A DNA stretch of 64,000 nucleotides from Candidatus Staskawiczbacteria bacterium (GTDB taxonomy: Bacteria; Patescibacteriota; Minisyncoccia; Minisyncoccales; Staskawiczbacteraceae), in the NCBI GenBank assembly GCA_903928565.1, contig CAIYRH010000015.1, forward strand, positions 11,569 through 75,568, written 5' to 3'. The position numbers and the translations under genes were made by a program. The stretch's first letter is position 1, and each line of letters begins with the position of its first letter. Positions 46,056 to 55,802 of the stretch are shown one piece after another. Below the pieces are notes generated by a model. It was not told the DNA's origin. It made no database searches and was given only the letters and a program-made list of their open reading frames with translations.

Positions 46056-47759
46056 TTATGCAAATTCCTGTTGGTAGCACTGTTCACAACAAATTATTTC
46101 TGGCCGTTCTGGGGCATAAGAGCTTTCAAATACATTCTGGCAATTCGGCTTCATACATGCACGGTGCCATAATTTAGGCGGATTGCGTTTTGCTAGCCTT
46201 TCATAATGGCGACAATTAGGGCAAGAAAGCGGCAAGGGTAATTTCATGCGCTTATAAAATTGAAGTTCTTCGGGCGTTATGCGAAATGCTGTTGTGCATT
46301 GATGTAGGCATTTGCCTTCGTGCGCGCACCCAATTACTTCTTTTGTAATTGCATCGGCGACATCTATTATTTTTGACGGCACGTCATTTGTATTTAGGGT
46401 GATGGAATAATTACGCCCCTCCGTTTCTTTCCAGTAAAATCCTGCATTAATTATTTCTTGTTGTGCTAAAGGAAAAAAATCGTGAGCAACAGATTCATTA
46501 TAGGCAAAGAGAGATAATTCTGCCGGAAAGAACTCTCCATATTTATATATTCGACCGTTTTTACCATTATACGGCAGATGGTCCATTTGAATTTTAATTT
46601 TTTCAATTAGAGATGCATATTCTTCTTTTGAATATTGCTTATTCAATATACAATATTGTTTATTTCGTAGACCCACGCAACCAAACAAATAAGATGAGCT
46701 TGAACAAAAATCAGAATATTCAACATTTGTGCATTCGCCACATGTGTTTGAGAATTTGCTATGAGCCATTTTCCAAAAACCAATATATTCGTAACAAAGT
46801 TCCAGGTGTTCGCAATAATTTGTATCATGCGTGTCTTTGGCATCAATCATTCTAATGCAATGGGCGCAATCTTCTGTGCGCTTAACGTCGAAACAAGCAC
46901 GGACATTTTTTGATTGTACTAAATAATCTCCGCTAACATAAGTGCAATGAAGTGTGCGTGCGAAACGATGTGGGACTTCTTGTTTTAACGATTCAAATTT
47001 AGATTGCACTTTTCCAAATTCGTCGCGCCCGCAGTCTAAAATTTTTTCTTTCTCAATCAAATATTTTTCTTTGCTAAATGCTTGATTAAAAATGTGATAT
47101 TTTTTATTGCGCAAACCTACACAACCAATACAGTCTTGGCAATTTTTACACGCGTAACAATATAATAAATTGAGTGACGCAGAGCAGTCTTGGCAAAAAG
47201 AACAATTAGATAATTTTTCGCAATCAACACATTCGTAACAGTATTCCGATTCACGAGCTAGATATGTATCAACGCAATATTTAGACTCATAGGGCGAACC
47301 GTACATACAATTTTCTATTTCAATGGAACCAAAACATAAATAACTATCTTTTGCGTCGGCAACATAATTGCAGTAGTCGCTGTTTTTCATATTAGTACAA
47401 CGCAAATTGGGACGCGGTACTTTGTTTTGCAATTCATGCATTTGCACAAAAAATGGTTTTTCAAAATCATATTCTGCGCCATGTTGCATTGGATCCCAAC
47501 TGTCACCCCACCAACACTCCGAACAAAAAACCGGAAACGGCTTATCTGCCGAATACATTGAAATAATACCTTTTTTACAAAGTTCACATTCGCGTTTATA
47601 AAAATTACGCTCGTTGCGCACCATAAGCCTACGTTGATAGCGACATGCTGGGCAAAAAGTTGGCGCGGGAACTTTCATTTTTTCATAAAACGCAAAATCA
47701 TCGGGTTCAATAGAAAAATTATTTTGGCAGTTTTGGCATTGATGGGCTTCTTGTTGCAT
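46056..47759 (-). CDS. Large Cys-rich protein (zinc ribbons + Cys-rich short-repeat solenoid)
   Basis: CQNC, PTFCPACR, CSECWWGDSWD, repeated CxxC/CFGCVGLRNK, PxSCPNCRH, CEQCY. Confidence 0.85.
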   Translation of the reverse strand: MQQEAHQCQNCQNNFSIEPDDFAFYEKMKVPAPTFCPACRYQRRLMVRNERNFYKRECELCKKGIISMYSADKPFPVFCSECWWGDSWDPMQHGAEYDFEKPFFVQMHELQNKVPRPNLRCTNMKNSDYCNYVADAKDSYLCFGSIEIENCMYGSPYESKYCVDTYLARESEYCYECVDCEKLSNCSFCQDCSASLNLLYCYACKNCQDCIGCVGLRNKKYHIFNQAFSKEKYLIEKEKILDCGRDEFGKVQSKFESLKQEVPHRFARTLHCTYVSGDYLVQSKNVRACFDVKRTEDCAHCIRMIDAKDTHDTNYCEHLELCYEYIGFWKMAHSKFSNTCGECTNVEYSDFCSSSSYLFGCVGLRNKQYCILNKQYSKEEYASLIEKIKIQMDHLPYNGKNGRIYKYGEFFPAELSLFAYNESVAHDFFPLAQQEIINAGFYWKETEGRNYSITLNTNDVPSKIIDVADAITKEVIGCAHEGKCLHQCTTAFRITPEELQFYKRMKLPLPLSCPNCRHYERLAKRNPPKLWHRACMKPNCQNVFESSYAPERPEIICCEQCYQQEFA

Positions 47760-47762
47760 TTT

Positions 47763-48881
47763 TTATTCTAGCATTAGGAATTCTAAAATTTCGCGGGCAA
47801 TTGCGCGAGCGGCTAAAGGTTTTGCAAACTTTAATGCCGATTGCCCCATTTGTTCTAATTTTTCTGGGTGTAAAAATAGCAATTGAACATTTTCCATAAA
47901 AAAATTAGGAGTTAAATTTTCTTGTTCAATAACCAATCCCGTGCCAGCTTCTGTGTAGGCATAAGCATTTTTTGCTTGGTGATCACCGCCTGAAATATTT
48001 GGCAATGGCACTAAAATGCATGGTTTACCAACTGCAGCAATTTCAAAAATTGAACTTGACCCCGAACGCGAAATAATTAAATCGGCGGCTTTATAGGCGT
48101 GCTTCATTTTTTCCTCATCTAAAAATCCAACCGGGTGATAATATTTATCTAGGTCTTTGTCTTCCATAACCTGAGCTTCGGCTGAAACCTCTTTTACATT
48201 TTGACTTCCGGTAACGTGTATAACTTCGTAATTTTTTAAGAGGTCGTTTATAATTCTTAAAATAAAATCGTTAATTGTTTCGGCACCTTGCGAGCCACCT
48301 ATTACTAAAAATATTGGTTTTGAAAGGGTTAAATTGAATAGCTCAACAGCTTTGTCTTTGCTTCCTTGTAAAATTTCCGCTCTTATGGGGTTGCCAACGA
48401 GAGTTGTTGCGTTTGGGTCAAAATATTCTGTTTTAGGAAAAGAAATAAATATTTTTTTTGCCCATTTGGCGGTAATTTGGTTAGACCTGCCTGGGGCAAC
48501 ATCGGACTCGTGCACAAATACAGGAATTCTTAGCAACCAACATGGCAAAGTTACGCAAACTGAGCTTGTACCACCTTTGCTGAAAACTAAATCTGGTTTT
48601 ATGATTAGTAATAGAAAAAAACTTTGTATTACGCCAAAAGGAATTTTAAAACAAATATCTATGAAATTTTGAAATGAAAAATATCTTCTAATTTTCCCAG
48701 AAACGATTGTTTTTATTATAAAATCTTCTTGCGAAAGCAAAATTAAGCTAAACTCGTCTTTTGGACCAACGTAATAAAATTGTAAATCTTTTTTTGGATA
48801 AATTCTTCTTATTTCACGGGCAATGGAAACTAAAGGAAGAATGTGTCCGGCAGAACCTCCGCCAGTAAATAATAATTTCAT
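47763..48881 (-). CDS. murG: MurG glycosyltransferase
   Basis: TGGGSAGH, HESD, GNPIR, GGSQGA, HQAKNA. Confidence 0.95.
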   Translation of the reverse strand: MKLLFTGGGSAGHILPLVSIAREIRRIYPKKDLQFYYVGPKDEFSLILLSQEDFIIKTIVSGKIRRYFSFQNFIDICFKIPFGVIQSFFLLLIIKPDLVFSKGGTSSVCVTLPCWLLRIPVFVHESDVAPGRSNQITAKWAKKIFISFPKTEYFDPNATTLVGNPIRAEILQGSKDKAVELFNLTLSKPIFLVIGGSQGAETINDFILRIINDLLKNYEVIHVTGSQNVKEVSAEAQVMEDKDLDKYYHPVGFLDEEKMKHAYKAADLIISRSGSSSIFEIAAVGKPCILVPLPNISGGDHQAKNAYAYTEAGTGLVIEQENLTPNFFMENVQLLFLHPEKLEQMGQSALKFAKPLAARAIAREILEFLMLE

Positions 48882-48883
48882 AA

Positions 48884-50011
48884 TTATGTTGTATTTTTAG
48901 AAATATTTAATAAAAGCCCCATACCAATTAATTCAACGGCCAAGTGCGTGCCACCATAAGAAAAAAATGGCAATGGAATGCCTGCCAGCGGGAAAACTCC
49001 TGCAACTGAAGCCATATTAACAAATGCTTGAAGAGTTATCCATGACACAATGCCCGTTGCAACCATTTGAGAAAATTTGTCGTTTGAATTTTTAGCAATT
49101 TTAATTCCTTGCCAAATTAATAAAGCAAATGCAGTAATTAAAACAATGCAACCAATCATGCCCAATTCTTCACCAATTATTGCAAAAATGGAATCAGACA
49201 TAGACATGGGCAAAATAGATTTTAACGTTGACATTCCCAGGCCTTTTCCAAAAAAACCGCCAGAGCCCAAAGAAAGCAACGATTGGCGAAGTTGCAACCC
49301 TTTGCCAAGTGGATCGGTGTTTGGGTGCAAAAAAATTAATAAACGGGCTGCGCGGTAAGGTTCGAATTTTATGAACAAAAAAGCCAAAACAGCTCCGCCG
49401 GTCATTAACAAAATTGTATGCCATAAAGGAGTTTTTGCCGAAAAATAAATTGCAAGCAAGGTCAGCGTAATTATGCCAAGAGTACTTAAATCGCTTTGCA
49501 TAATTAAAACAGACGCAATTAATCCCAAAAAAACAATGAAAGGTACAAGAATGTATATTATGTTATGATAACCTTTTTTTGTTATGGATTTCCAGTCTGA
49601 AGCACTGTTTTCCGACAATTTTGAGGCAATCCATGCCGACAAGTACAAAATTGCTGTTATTTTTAAAAATTCCGATGGTTGAAAACTTAAACTGCCAATT
49701 CCAATCCACCTGCTAGCACCGCCAGATTTAGAGCCAATTCCAGGTATAAATGCTAGTGACAGGGCCAAAATATTTAAAATAACTAATAAGGGCGCCCATT
49801 TTTTTATTAATTGTAAAGAAATTGTAAAAGCAATCAAACCTAAAACTATTCCAGGCAACAGCCCTGAAAGTAATTGGTGAATTAAATAATAATTAGTGTT
49901 GCCAAACCTTTGCAATGAATCTGGTGCCGAAAGACAAACCAAAAATATAAAACTAAAACCCACCAAGAATATTATTAAAGACAATAAAAAATAATTAATT
50001 TTTCCTTTCAT
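48884..50011 (-). CDS. ftsW: SEDS peptidoglycan glycosyltransferase FtsW
   Basis: GASRWI, FQPSEFLK, DSIFAIIGEELG, GIPLPFFSYGG. Confidence 0.93.
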   Translation of the reverse strand: MKGKINYFLLSLIIFLVGFSFIFLVCLSAPDSLQRFGNTNYYLIHQLLSGLLPGIVLGLIAFTISLQLIKKWAPLLVILNILALSLAFIPGIGSKSGGASRWIGIGSLSFQPSEFLKITAILYLSAWIASKLSENSASDWKSITKKGYHNIIYILVPFIVFLGLIASVLIMQSDLSTLGIITLTLLAIYFSAKTPLWHTILLMTGGAVLAFLFIKFEPYRAARLLIFLHPNTDPLGKGLQLRQSLLSLGSGGFFGKGLGMSTLKSILPMSMSDSIFAIIGEELGMIGCIVLITAFALLIWQGIKIAKNSNDKFSQMVATGIVSWITLQAFVNMASVAGVFPLAGIPLPFFSYGGTHLAVELIGMGLLLNISKNTT

Positions 50012-50016
50012 ATTTA

Positions 50017-51333
50017 TTACTTAGATAACTTTTTGACTGCTTCTACAAACTGCGCCCCCCTGTCAAATTCGTTTTTAAATAGATTAAAACTTGCGGCGCC
50101 CGGAGAAAGTATAACCACGTCATTCTTTTTTGCTAATTTTTTCGCAGTTTTAACTGCTTCTTGCATAGACATAACTTCATGCAACCTAGTGTATCCACCC
50201 AACTCTTCTTTTATTTTATCAGATGCTGTGCCAGGTAGCATAATAATTTCATCAACGCGCTCTCTAATTACTTCAGCCATATCGCTGTATTTTAAACCTT
50301 TGTTTTGCCCACCACAAATTAAAATTAATCGTGAGTTTGGAAAATTATTTATAAAAGCATGTACCGCCGTTATAACCGCTTCTGGCATTGTAGCTGTGGT
50401 GTCGTTAAAGTATTTTACACCGCTAACCTCCTTAATAAACTCCTGACGGCTGGGAACCCCCGTAAAAGTTTTTAGAGACTTCTCAATTTCTGCGGGAGAT
50501 ATATTTAATAATTTTGCGACTTCAACAGCTGCCGAAAGATTATATAAATTGTGTTCACCAAATAATTTAAAATTATCCAATTTAATTTCAGAATTTTTAG
50601 GTGAAGAAAAAATAACTTTTGATTTTGCGTTTTTGGAAAATTCCTGAGCAAGCGGGTCATCGTCATTTAATATCAAATAATTATTACTGTTTTGATATTT
50701 AAAAATTATTTTTTTAGCTTTTATGTATTCTGACATATTGCCATATCTGTTAAGGTGGTCGGGCAAAATGTTGGTAATTACGGCTATGTCTGGGCTTTGG
50801 GTTAAATCTTCTAATTCAAAACTAGACAGCTCTAAAACCACCCTGTCGCCCTCTTTAACATCCAGCAAAATTTCTAGTGGCGAAACGCCAATGTTGCCAA
50901 CTAAAAAAGTTCTTTGATATTTTTGTTTTAAAATATGATAAATTAGTGAAGCGGTTGTAGATTTTCCTTTTGTGCCCGTAACGCCTATGGTTAAAGCTTT
51001 GGCAGTTTTAAAAAACAAACTTACGTCTGTTTCAATTGGAATATTTTTTTTTCTGGCAATTTCTAAATACGGCGAAGTGCCGGGGACATCTGGATTTTTA
51101 ATAATTAAGTCAGCCCAAATAAAATCGGCCTCTTCGTGACGTCCTAAAATAAATTTTATATTTAACCCTTTTAATTTTTTTACTGATGCGTCTAGTTTCT
51201 GCTCAGTTTTTAAATCAGTAACTAAAACTTCTGCGCCTTGTTTGCAAAAAAACCTGGCTACTCCAACTCCTCCGCCATGCAGCCCCAAACCCATAATTAA
51301 GATTTTTTTATTTTTAAATTGATTTTTTGACAT
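50017..51333 (-). CDS. murD: UDP-N-acetylmuramoyl-L-alanine--D-glutamate ligase
   Basis: GLGLHG, GTKGKSTT, ELSSFEL, DHLNRY, LSPGAASF; start at MSKNQ. Confidence 0.95.
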   Translation of the reverse strand: MSKNQFKNKKILIMGLGLHGGGVGVARFFCKQGAEVLVTDLKTEQKLDASVKKLKGLNIKFILGRHEEADFIWADLIIKNPDVPGTSPYLEIARKKNIPIETDVSLFFKTAKALTIGVTGTKGKSTTASLIYHILKQKYQRTFLVGNIGVSPLEILLDVKEGDRVVLELSSFELEDLTQSPDIAVITNILPDHLNRYGNMSEYIKAKKIIFKYQNSNNYLILNDDDPLAQEFSKNAKSKVIFSSPKNSEIKLDNFKLFGEHNLYNLSAAVEVAKLLNISPAEIEKSLKTFTGVPSRQEFIKEVSGVKYFNDTTATMPEAVITAVHAFINNFPNSRLILICGGQNKGLKYSDMAEVIRERVDEIIMLPGTASDKIKEELGGYTRLHEVMSMQEAVKTAKKLAKKNDVVILSPGAASFNLFKNEFDRGAQFVEAVKKLSK

Positions 51334-51372
51334 TGTATAATATTGAATTATAGCAAATTTTGGGGTTAAATC

Positions 51373-51403
51373 AAACCGCCCCCTTTTTATGGGGGCGGAG
51401 TTT
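51373..51403. terminator. Hairpin terminator after 51413-52903
   Basis: CCGCCCCC/GGGGGCGG stem. Confidence 0.65.
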
Positions 51404-51412
51404 GGAATATTT

Positions 51413-52903
51413 TTAGTTTTCCGAGGAAAGGCGTCTAAATACAATGATAAACAGAAATACCAGCACAAGAGCCACCAAAATCCAAATGTACCATTTCTTA
51501 ATAAAACCCCAGAAGCCACTTGTGGCTGCGTTTGCCGATGCAACTGATGCTGTAGGCTGGCTTGGGTTAAGATTTATTGAGATAGAATCTGACTGTGTGG
51601 CGCCCGAGGCCGAAATTGTTGCCACAGCAGGCTTTGCTGCCGTAGTTGAAATTGTTTGAGTTTTACCTTCAAACGTTACTGGTTTTGTACTAGATGGAGC
51701 AAGAGACCCAATGTTTATGCCCGAAACAATATCTCCAGAAACTGGGACTCCATTAAGCTGAACATTCCCCAAAGAAGAAATTTCTGTTGGAATGTTTGCA
51801 GAAATTACAACGTTATCAATTTGAGCCGTTGAATTATTTGTTGCGGTTACCATGAAATAAATTTGGCTGCTAGAACCCACTTGAGCAGTTTTTTGCCATT
51901 GGGTTGAATTTGCATCTTGTTTTGCAAAGAAAGTAATTGCTAATCCGCTGGACACATTTATTTTACAATCGGCAGGGCAATTGGCATTTGTTTCGTTTAA
52001 TGTAGTTTCACAAAGTCCGTTTCCGCAAACATATTGCACTGACGGTGTAATTGGACCAGCTGGCGTGGTAGGTTGTGTTTGTGAGCAATATTTATTGTAA
52101 TCTGCCGAACCCGAAGTACAGGTTGAACCGTCGCATTTTAGTACATTTGAGCACTTATTGCCCGAGCACGAGTCTATTGTGCAGTTATTACTGTCATTGC
52201 ATCTTTTATAAATTCCGCTTTCTGCACCTAAATTATCAAACCAGTTTATTGAATTGCCATAACAGGCAGTTTTGTAATGTGCCACATAATTGTTGGCCGG
52301 TTGGACCGGAGGCAAAACAGGATTATAAATGTAAGCTGCGCATTGCCCATACTGACAGGTTTGCCCACCCGAGCAACTGTAATAAATGTCTTGTTGTGTG
52401 CCACAAGAATCATACCAGTAAATATTATTACCAGAGCATTGTTTGTAGGCGTGATAAGTGCAATTGCTATAGTTGTTGTAATTATTATAGTTGTAATTAT
52501 TATAATTTTGGCATGAGTTACTGTAGCAACCGTTAGTGCAATATTGCGATAAATCTTGCTGATTACCGCAAGAATCGTACCAATATAGGTTGTTTCCGTT
52601 ACACCTTTGGAATGAATGGTATGTGCAATTATTATAGTTATTGTTGTAATTATTGTTGTAATTTTGGCAGACATTATTGTAACATCCATTAGAGCAATAT
52701 TGTGCTACATCTTGTAAATTATTACAAGAATCATACCAATACATATTGCCGTTACTACACATTTGGTATGAATGGTTTGTACAGCCGTAATATAATGCAT
52801 TTGCAATGCCTGGCGTAAACAACGTCAAAACTAGCATTGCTGTTAAGAAGATGCCTCCAACTATTAGTTTACTTGTAATTTGTGTATACATGTTATTTGA
52901 CAT
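51413..52903 (-). CDS. Cell-surface protein with Cys/Asn/Tyr-rich repeats, DUF11-like domain and C-terminal TM anchor
   Basis: Signal peptide; 3-4 repeats of CTxHxxQxCxxxNxYWYDSC; CGNGLCE...CPADC; C-terminal TM + RR. Confidence 0.8.
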   Translation of the reverse strand: MSNNMYTQITSKLIVGGIFLTAMLVLTLFTPGIANALYYGCTNHSYQMCSNGNMYWYDSCNNLQDVAQYCSNGCYNNVCQNYNNNYNNNYNNCTYHSFQRCNGNNLYWYDSCGNQQDLSQYCTNGCYSNSCQNYNNYNYNNYNNYSNCTYHAYKQCSGNNIYWYDSCGTQQDIYYSCSGGQTCQYGQCAAYIYNPVLPPVQPANNYVAHYKTACYGNSINWFDNLGAESGIYKRCNDSNNCTIDSCSGNKCSNVLKCDGSTCTSGSADYNKYCSQTQPTTPAGPITPSVQYVCGNGLCETTLNETNANCPADCKINVSSGLAITFFAKQDANSTQWQKTAQVGSSSQIYFMVTATNNSTAQIDNVVISANIPTEISSLGNVQLNGVPVSGDIVSGINIGSLAPSSTKPVTFEGKTQTISTTAAKPAVATISASGATQSDSISINLNPSQPTASVASANAATSGFWGFIKKWYIWILVALVLVFLFIIVFRRLSSEN

Positions 52904-52956
52904 AAAAATAATTAATACAATACTATACCATTTGCCATAAATGGCGTCAATATAAT

Positions 52957-53688
52957 TTAACTATTTTGCAGTTCAGCTTGAATGGTAATTCTTTGGTAAT
53001 CTTTTCCCGGTGGCCAGCAACTAATTAAAGTTAAAACGTTATTCTGCGCAGAGGCCGAATCAACAGGCACTTCGGCGCCTCTTTTAATGATTGTTTTTTG
53101 TTTGACTATATAGGTATATTGTTTGTTATTTAGATCAATAAGAATGGAGTCACCCACTGTTAAATTGTCTATGTTGCTGAAAACACCAATTCTTTCTCTG
53201 TCTGGCCAACCGGGGGGTGCCGAGTGACCTAAAATAACAATTTGGCCTATTTGCCCAGGGTAAACTGAGCCCGGGTAGTATACAACACCCGAGCTTAAGT
53301 CTTTTTCAAGGGCTGAAATTTTAGTGCTGCTTGAAAAAATAATTGGTACAGACACGGAAATTTTAGGAATTTCAAGAGTGCTTTGTTTGTCTGTAAAATT
53401 TGTTTTTACAACTGGTTGGGCCTGCGTCTGCGCTTGGGCTAATTGAACAGTTGGAGTGGCTGCCACCTGTTGTGCAACCGCCACATTTTCACTATGATTG
53501 GGATAAAAATAGACGTTTATGGTTGAAGCATCAATTGATGGATAGGGATTAAAAAAATCACTGACAATACCATAAACCTCTTTGTAATTAAAAAGCCATG
53601 AAATGTCAGTCCAGTTAATGACGGCGAAGCTTGCCAAATATAGCAATACGGCAACCTTCAATATTTTTTTTGCGCTTTTATTTTCCAT
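52957..53688 (-). CDS. Sortase family protein
   Basis: LEIPKI, ILGHS, LTLISCWP, downstream R. Confidence 0.9.
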   Translation of the reverse strand: MENKSAKKILKVAVLLYLASFAVINWTDISWLFNYKEVYGIVSDFFNPYPSIDASTINVYFYPNHSENVAVAQQVAATPTVQLAQAQTQAQPVVKTNFTDKQSTLEIPKISVSVPIIFSSSTKISALEKDLSSGVVYYPGSVYPGQIGQIVILGHSAPPGWPDRERIGVFSNIDNLTVGDSILIDLNNKQYTYIVKQKTIIKRGAEVPVDSASAQNNVLTLISCWPPGKDYQRITIQAELQNS

Positions 53689-53690
53689 GT

Positions 53691-54788
53691 TTAAATGAAT
53701 ATTTGATGAGGAATAATTGAAATTATTGCTTCTCTGTTGATAAGTGTAGCCACTGAAAGTAAAACTAATATTAACACCGACCTAAAAACAAGTTGTTTTT
53801 TAAAACTAATATGAAAATTGAAAAATATTAAAGATAATAAAATACCAATTACTACTAGCGAAATTCCATAAATAATGTCTTGTATCCAAGCCTCGTGATT
53901 ATATAAAACTGAATTCATTAACTTAGATGACAAATTGTTTAAAGCAAGACCGTTGGGAGCTTCAATGGCACCCTGAGATTCTGTAGATTGCGATAACACC
54001 TTTTCACCGGAAACTACTGTAACTGTTTGAGTATTTGTGCCTTCTGTGTTGCTAACCTGGGTTTCAGTTGTTTGAGTGTTTGTGGCCTTGTTGTTTGTTA
54101 CTTGCGTGTTGGTTGTTTGGGTATTGTTTGTTTTAGTGTTGGTTGTTACAAGCGGTTTTGAAGCATTATTGTTTTTTTGCGCAACTGTTTTTGCGGGTAA
54201 TTGGCTGCCAAATTCTTGCACAACCACAATTGTATTGTTGGGGCCAAATCCATCTAAAACGGCCGTGCCCACTTCTGTGTAATTTGGGTTTACTATGTTG
54301 GCTTTGTGAGATGCACTGTTTAACCAAGCATTATAAACTTCTTGTGAGTCAAAAAAACCAATTGCTAAATTCTCGCCAGCATATTTATAATTATAACCTG
54401 CCTTAACAAACCAAAACCATGGTGAAATTCCGCTGGGACTAGTGTGGTTAAAATAATTATTCTGCACCATATTTTGCGCTTTTAATTGAGCGGCTTGGTC
54501 TAACTTTGAATTTTGTGCTAATGGCTTTAATCCTATTGATTGCCTTGTTTGATTAACAAAATTTTCTAAAGTTGATTCGGTAATATTTGCAAAGAACACA
54601 TTATAAGGCAGGTTTATGGTAATAAAGGTTGTGGTAATTTTTAGTACTAAAAGCAACACTACCCCATACATCAAAAATTTGCTCTGCAAAAATCTTGATT
54701 TGTAGCCGTTGTCTTCCGTTGGTAAAACAAAGTATTTTACCTTGTTAGAAATGTAATTTATTGGGTTGCCTCCTAATGAGTAATCCAT
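53691..54788 (-). CDS. CAP/SCP domain membrane protein
   Basis: YFNHTSP, AGENLA, WLNSASHKANI, VVQEFG; T/N-rich linker; C-terminal TMs. Confidence 0.9.
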   Translation of the reverse strand: MDYSLGGNPINYISNKVKYFVLPTEDNGYKSRFLQSKFLMYGVVLLLVLKITTTFITINLPYNVFFANITESTLENFVNQTRQSIGLKPLAQNSKLDQAAQLKAQNMVQNNYFNHTSPSGISPWFWFVKAGYNYKYAGENLAIGFFDSQEVYNAWLNSASHKANIVNPNYTEVGTAVLDGFGPNNTIVVVQEFGSQLPAKTVAQKNNNASKPLVTTNTKTNNTQTTNTQVTNNKATNTQTTETQVSNTEGTNTQTVTVVSGEKVLSQSTESQGAIEAPNGLALNNLSSKLMNSVLYNHEAWIQDIIYGISLVVIGILLSLIFFNFHISFKKQLVFRSVLILVLLSVATLINREAIISIIPHQIFI

Positions 54789-54844
54789 ACTCTAATAATA
54801 CATCAATAATAGTACTTTGTCAAGCATAAACCGGCGGCCAAAGA

Positions 54845-55702
54845 TTAGCCACCACAAGTGCTGTTATCGCATACAATTGCCCTATCTTTGGGCCGTAAAT
54901 CGATGTACCGGAGATTTTTCATGCTATCGGCGGATAATCCCCCGTTTAGCAATAACCCTAATTTTTTAAGTTGAGAATCTATATCAAAATTGGGACTTAA
55001 ATCAAAATAAATTTTCCAATTCTTTCCAGTGTCTACGTCCATTCGTATTGGACTGGTAATTAGTGCGTCAGTAATGTTAATTTGAAGATTATTTTTTAGG
55101 CTTTGTTGAATTTTATAAATTGTGGTTGCAATATTTGTCTGCAAAACTTTCTGCCCCGCCACTGGCAAGCCTGTAGCCATGTTCTGTCGCACAATAGTGG
55201 CGTCTGCGGGCAAAGTAAACTGCTGTTCAAAAACAACTCCATTTTGATCAATGAGATAGCACAAATTATTAGTTGTGCCGTTTGCACAATATATTCCAAA
55301 TGGCCGACGTTCTTCTATGTGTAGTGTTAAGGTCTGCGGTAAACTCTTGTTTAGTGTTAGGCTTTTAATTTCTGGGTATTTTATTAAAATGTCTTTGGTT
55401 ATTTTGTTTTTATTTATTAAGAAAATGCTTTTTGAAACCACTTTTATGTTTAACAAACTAATTAAGCCAGTATTAGAATCTGTGGAAATAATGTTTTGCA
55501 AGTTTTGAGTTGGCACCTTGTTATTTCCAGACACATTTATGCTTTTTAACTGAAACCCAGGATAAAATAAGATAAAATAAAGCCCAGCCAATATAACCAC
55601 TAAACATAGCAGTGAAACCCAAACCCACACCATTTTGAATGGAGACTTTTTAGGCTTTATGCCTCGTAATTTCGATTTTATGTGTGTTTTTCTATAAGAC
55701 AT
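54845..55702 (-). CDS. ftsQ: Cell division protein FtsQ/DivIB
   Basis: TM, POTRA (INVSGN, LPQTLTLHIEER), YIDLR; start at MSYRK. Confidence 0.8.
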   Translation of the reverse strand: MSYRKTHIKSKLRGIKPKKSPFKMVWVWVSLLCLVVILAGLYFILFYPGFQLKSINVSGNNKVPTQNLQNIISTDSNTGLISLLNIKVVSKSIFLINKNKITKDILIKYPEIKSLTLNKSLPQTLTLHIEERRPFGIYCANGTTNNLCYLIDQNGVVFEQQFTLPADATIVRQNMATGLPVAGQKVLQTNIATTIYKIQQSLKNNLQINITDALITSPIRMDVDTGKNWKIYFDLSPNFDIDSQLKKLGLLLNGGLSADSMKNLRYIDLRPKDRAIVCDNSTCGG

Positions 55703-55802
55703 TTTGCGAGGAAACAAACTTTTTGAAGGCCCAGGTCGACTTGCCCGTAGAGGCAAAGCGAGTTCCTGCTTGCCGAAAAAAGTTTGTTTCCGAGTAGCAG
55801 AA
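55702..55802. repeat. About 100-bp intergenic inverted-repeat element
   Basis: 15-bp arms GGAAACAAACTTTTT (55710) / AAAAAGTTTGTTTCC (55777) around a GC-rich core. Confidence 0.65.

Noticed and set aside
51334..51543. Long N-terminal extensions of murD (likewise ftsQ, efp, lexA) in the ORF track
   Set aside because: They run through terminators, repeat elements or neighbouring genes; downstream ATGs match family N-termini
52230..52790. Regularly spaced repeats as a CRISPR array
   Set aside because: Repeats are degenerate at codon third positions and are in-frame protein repeats
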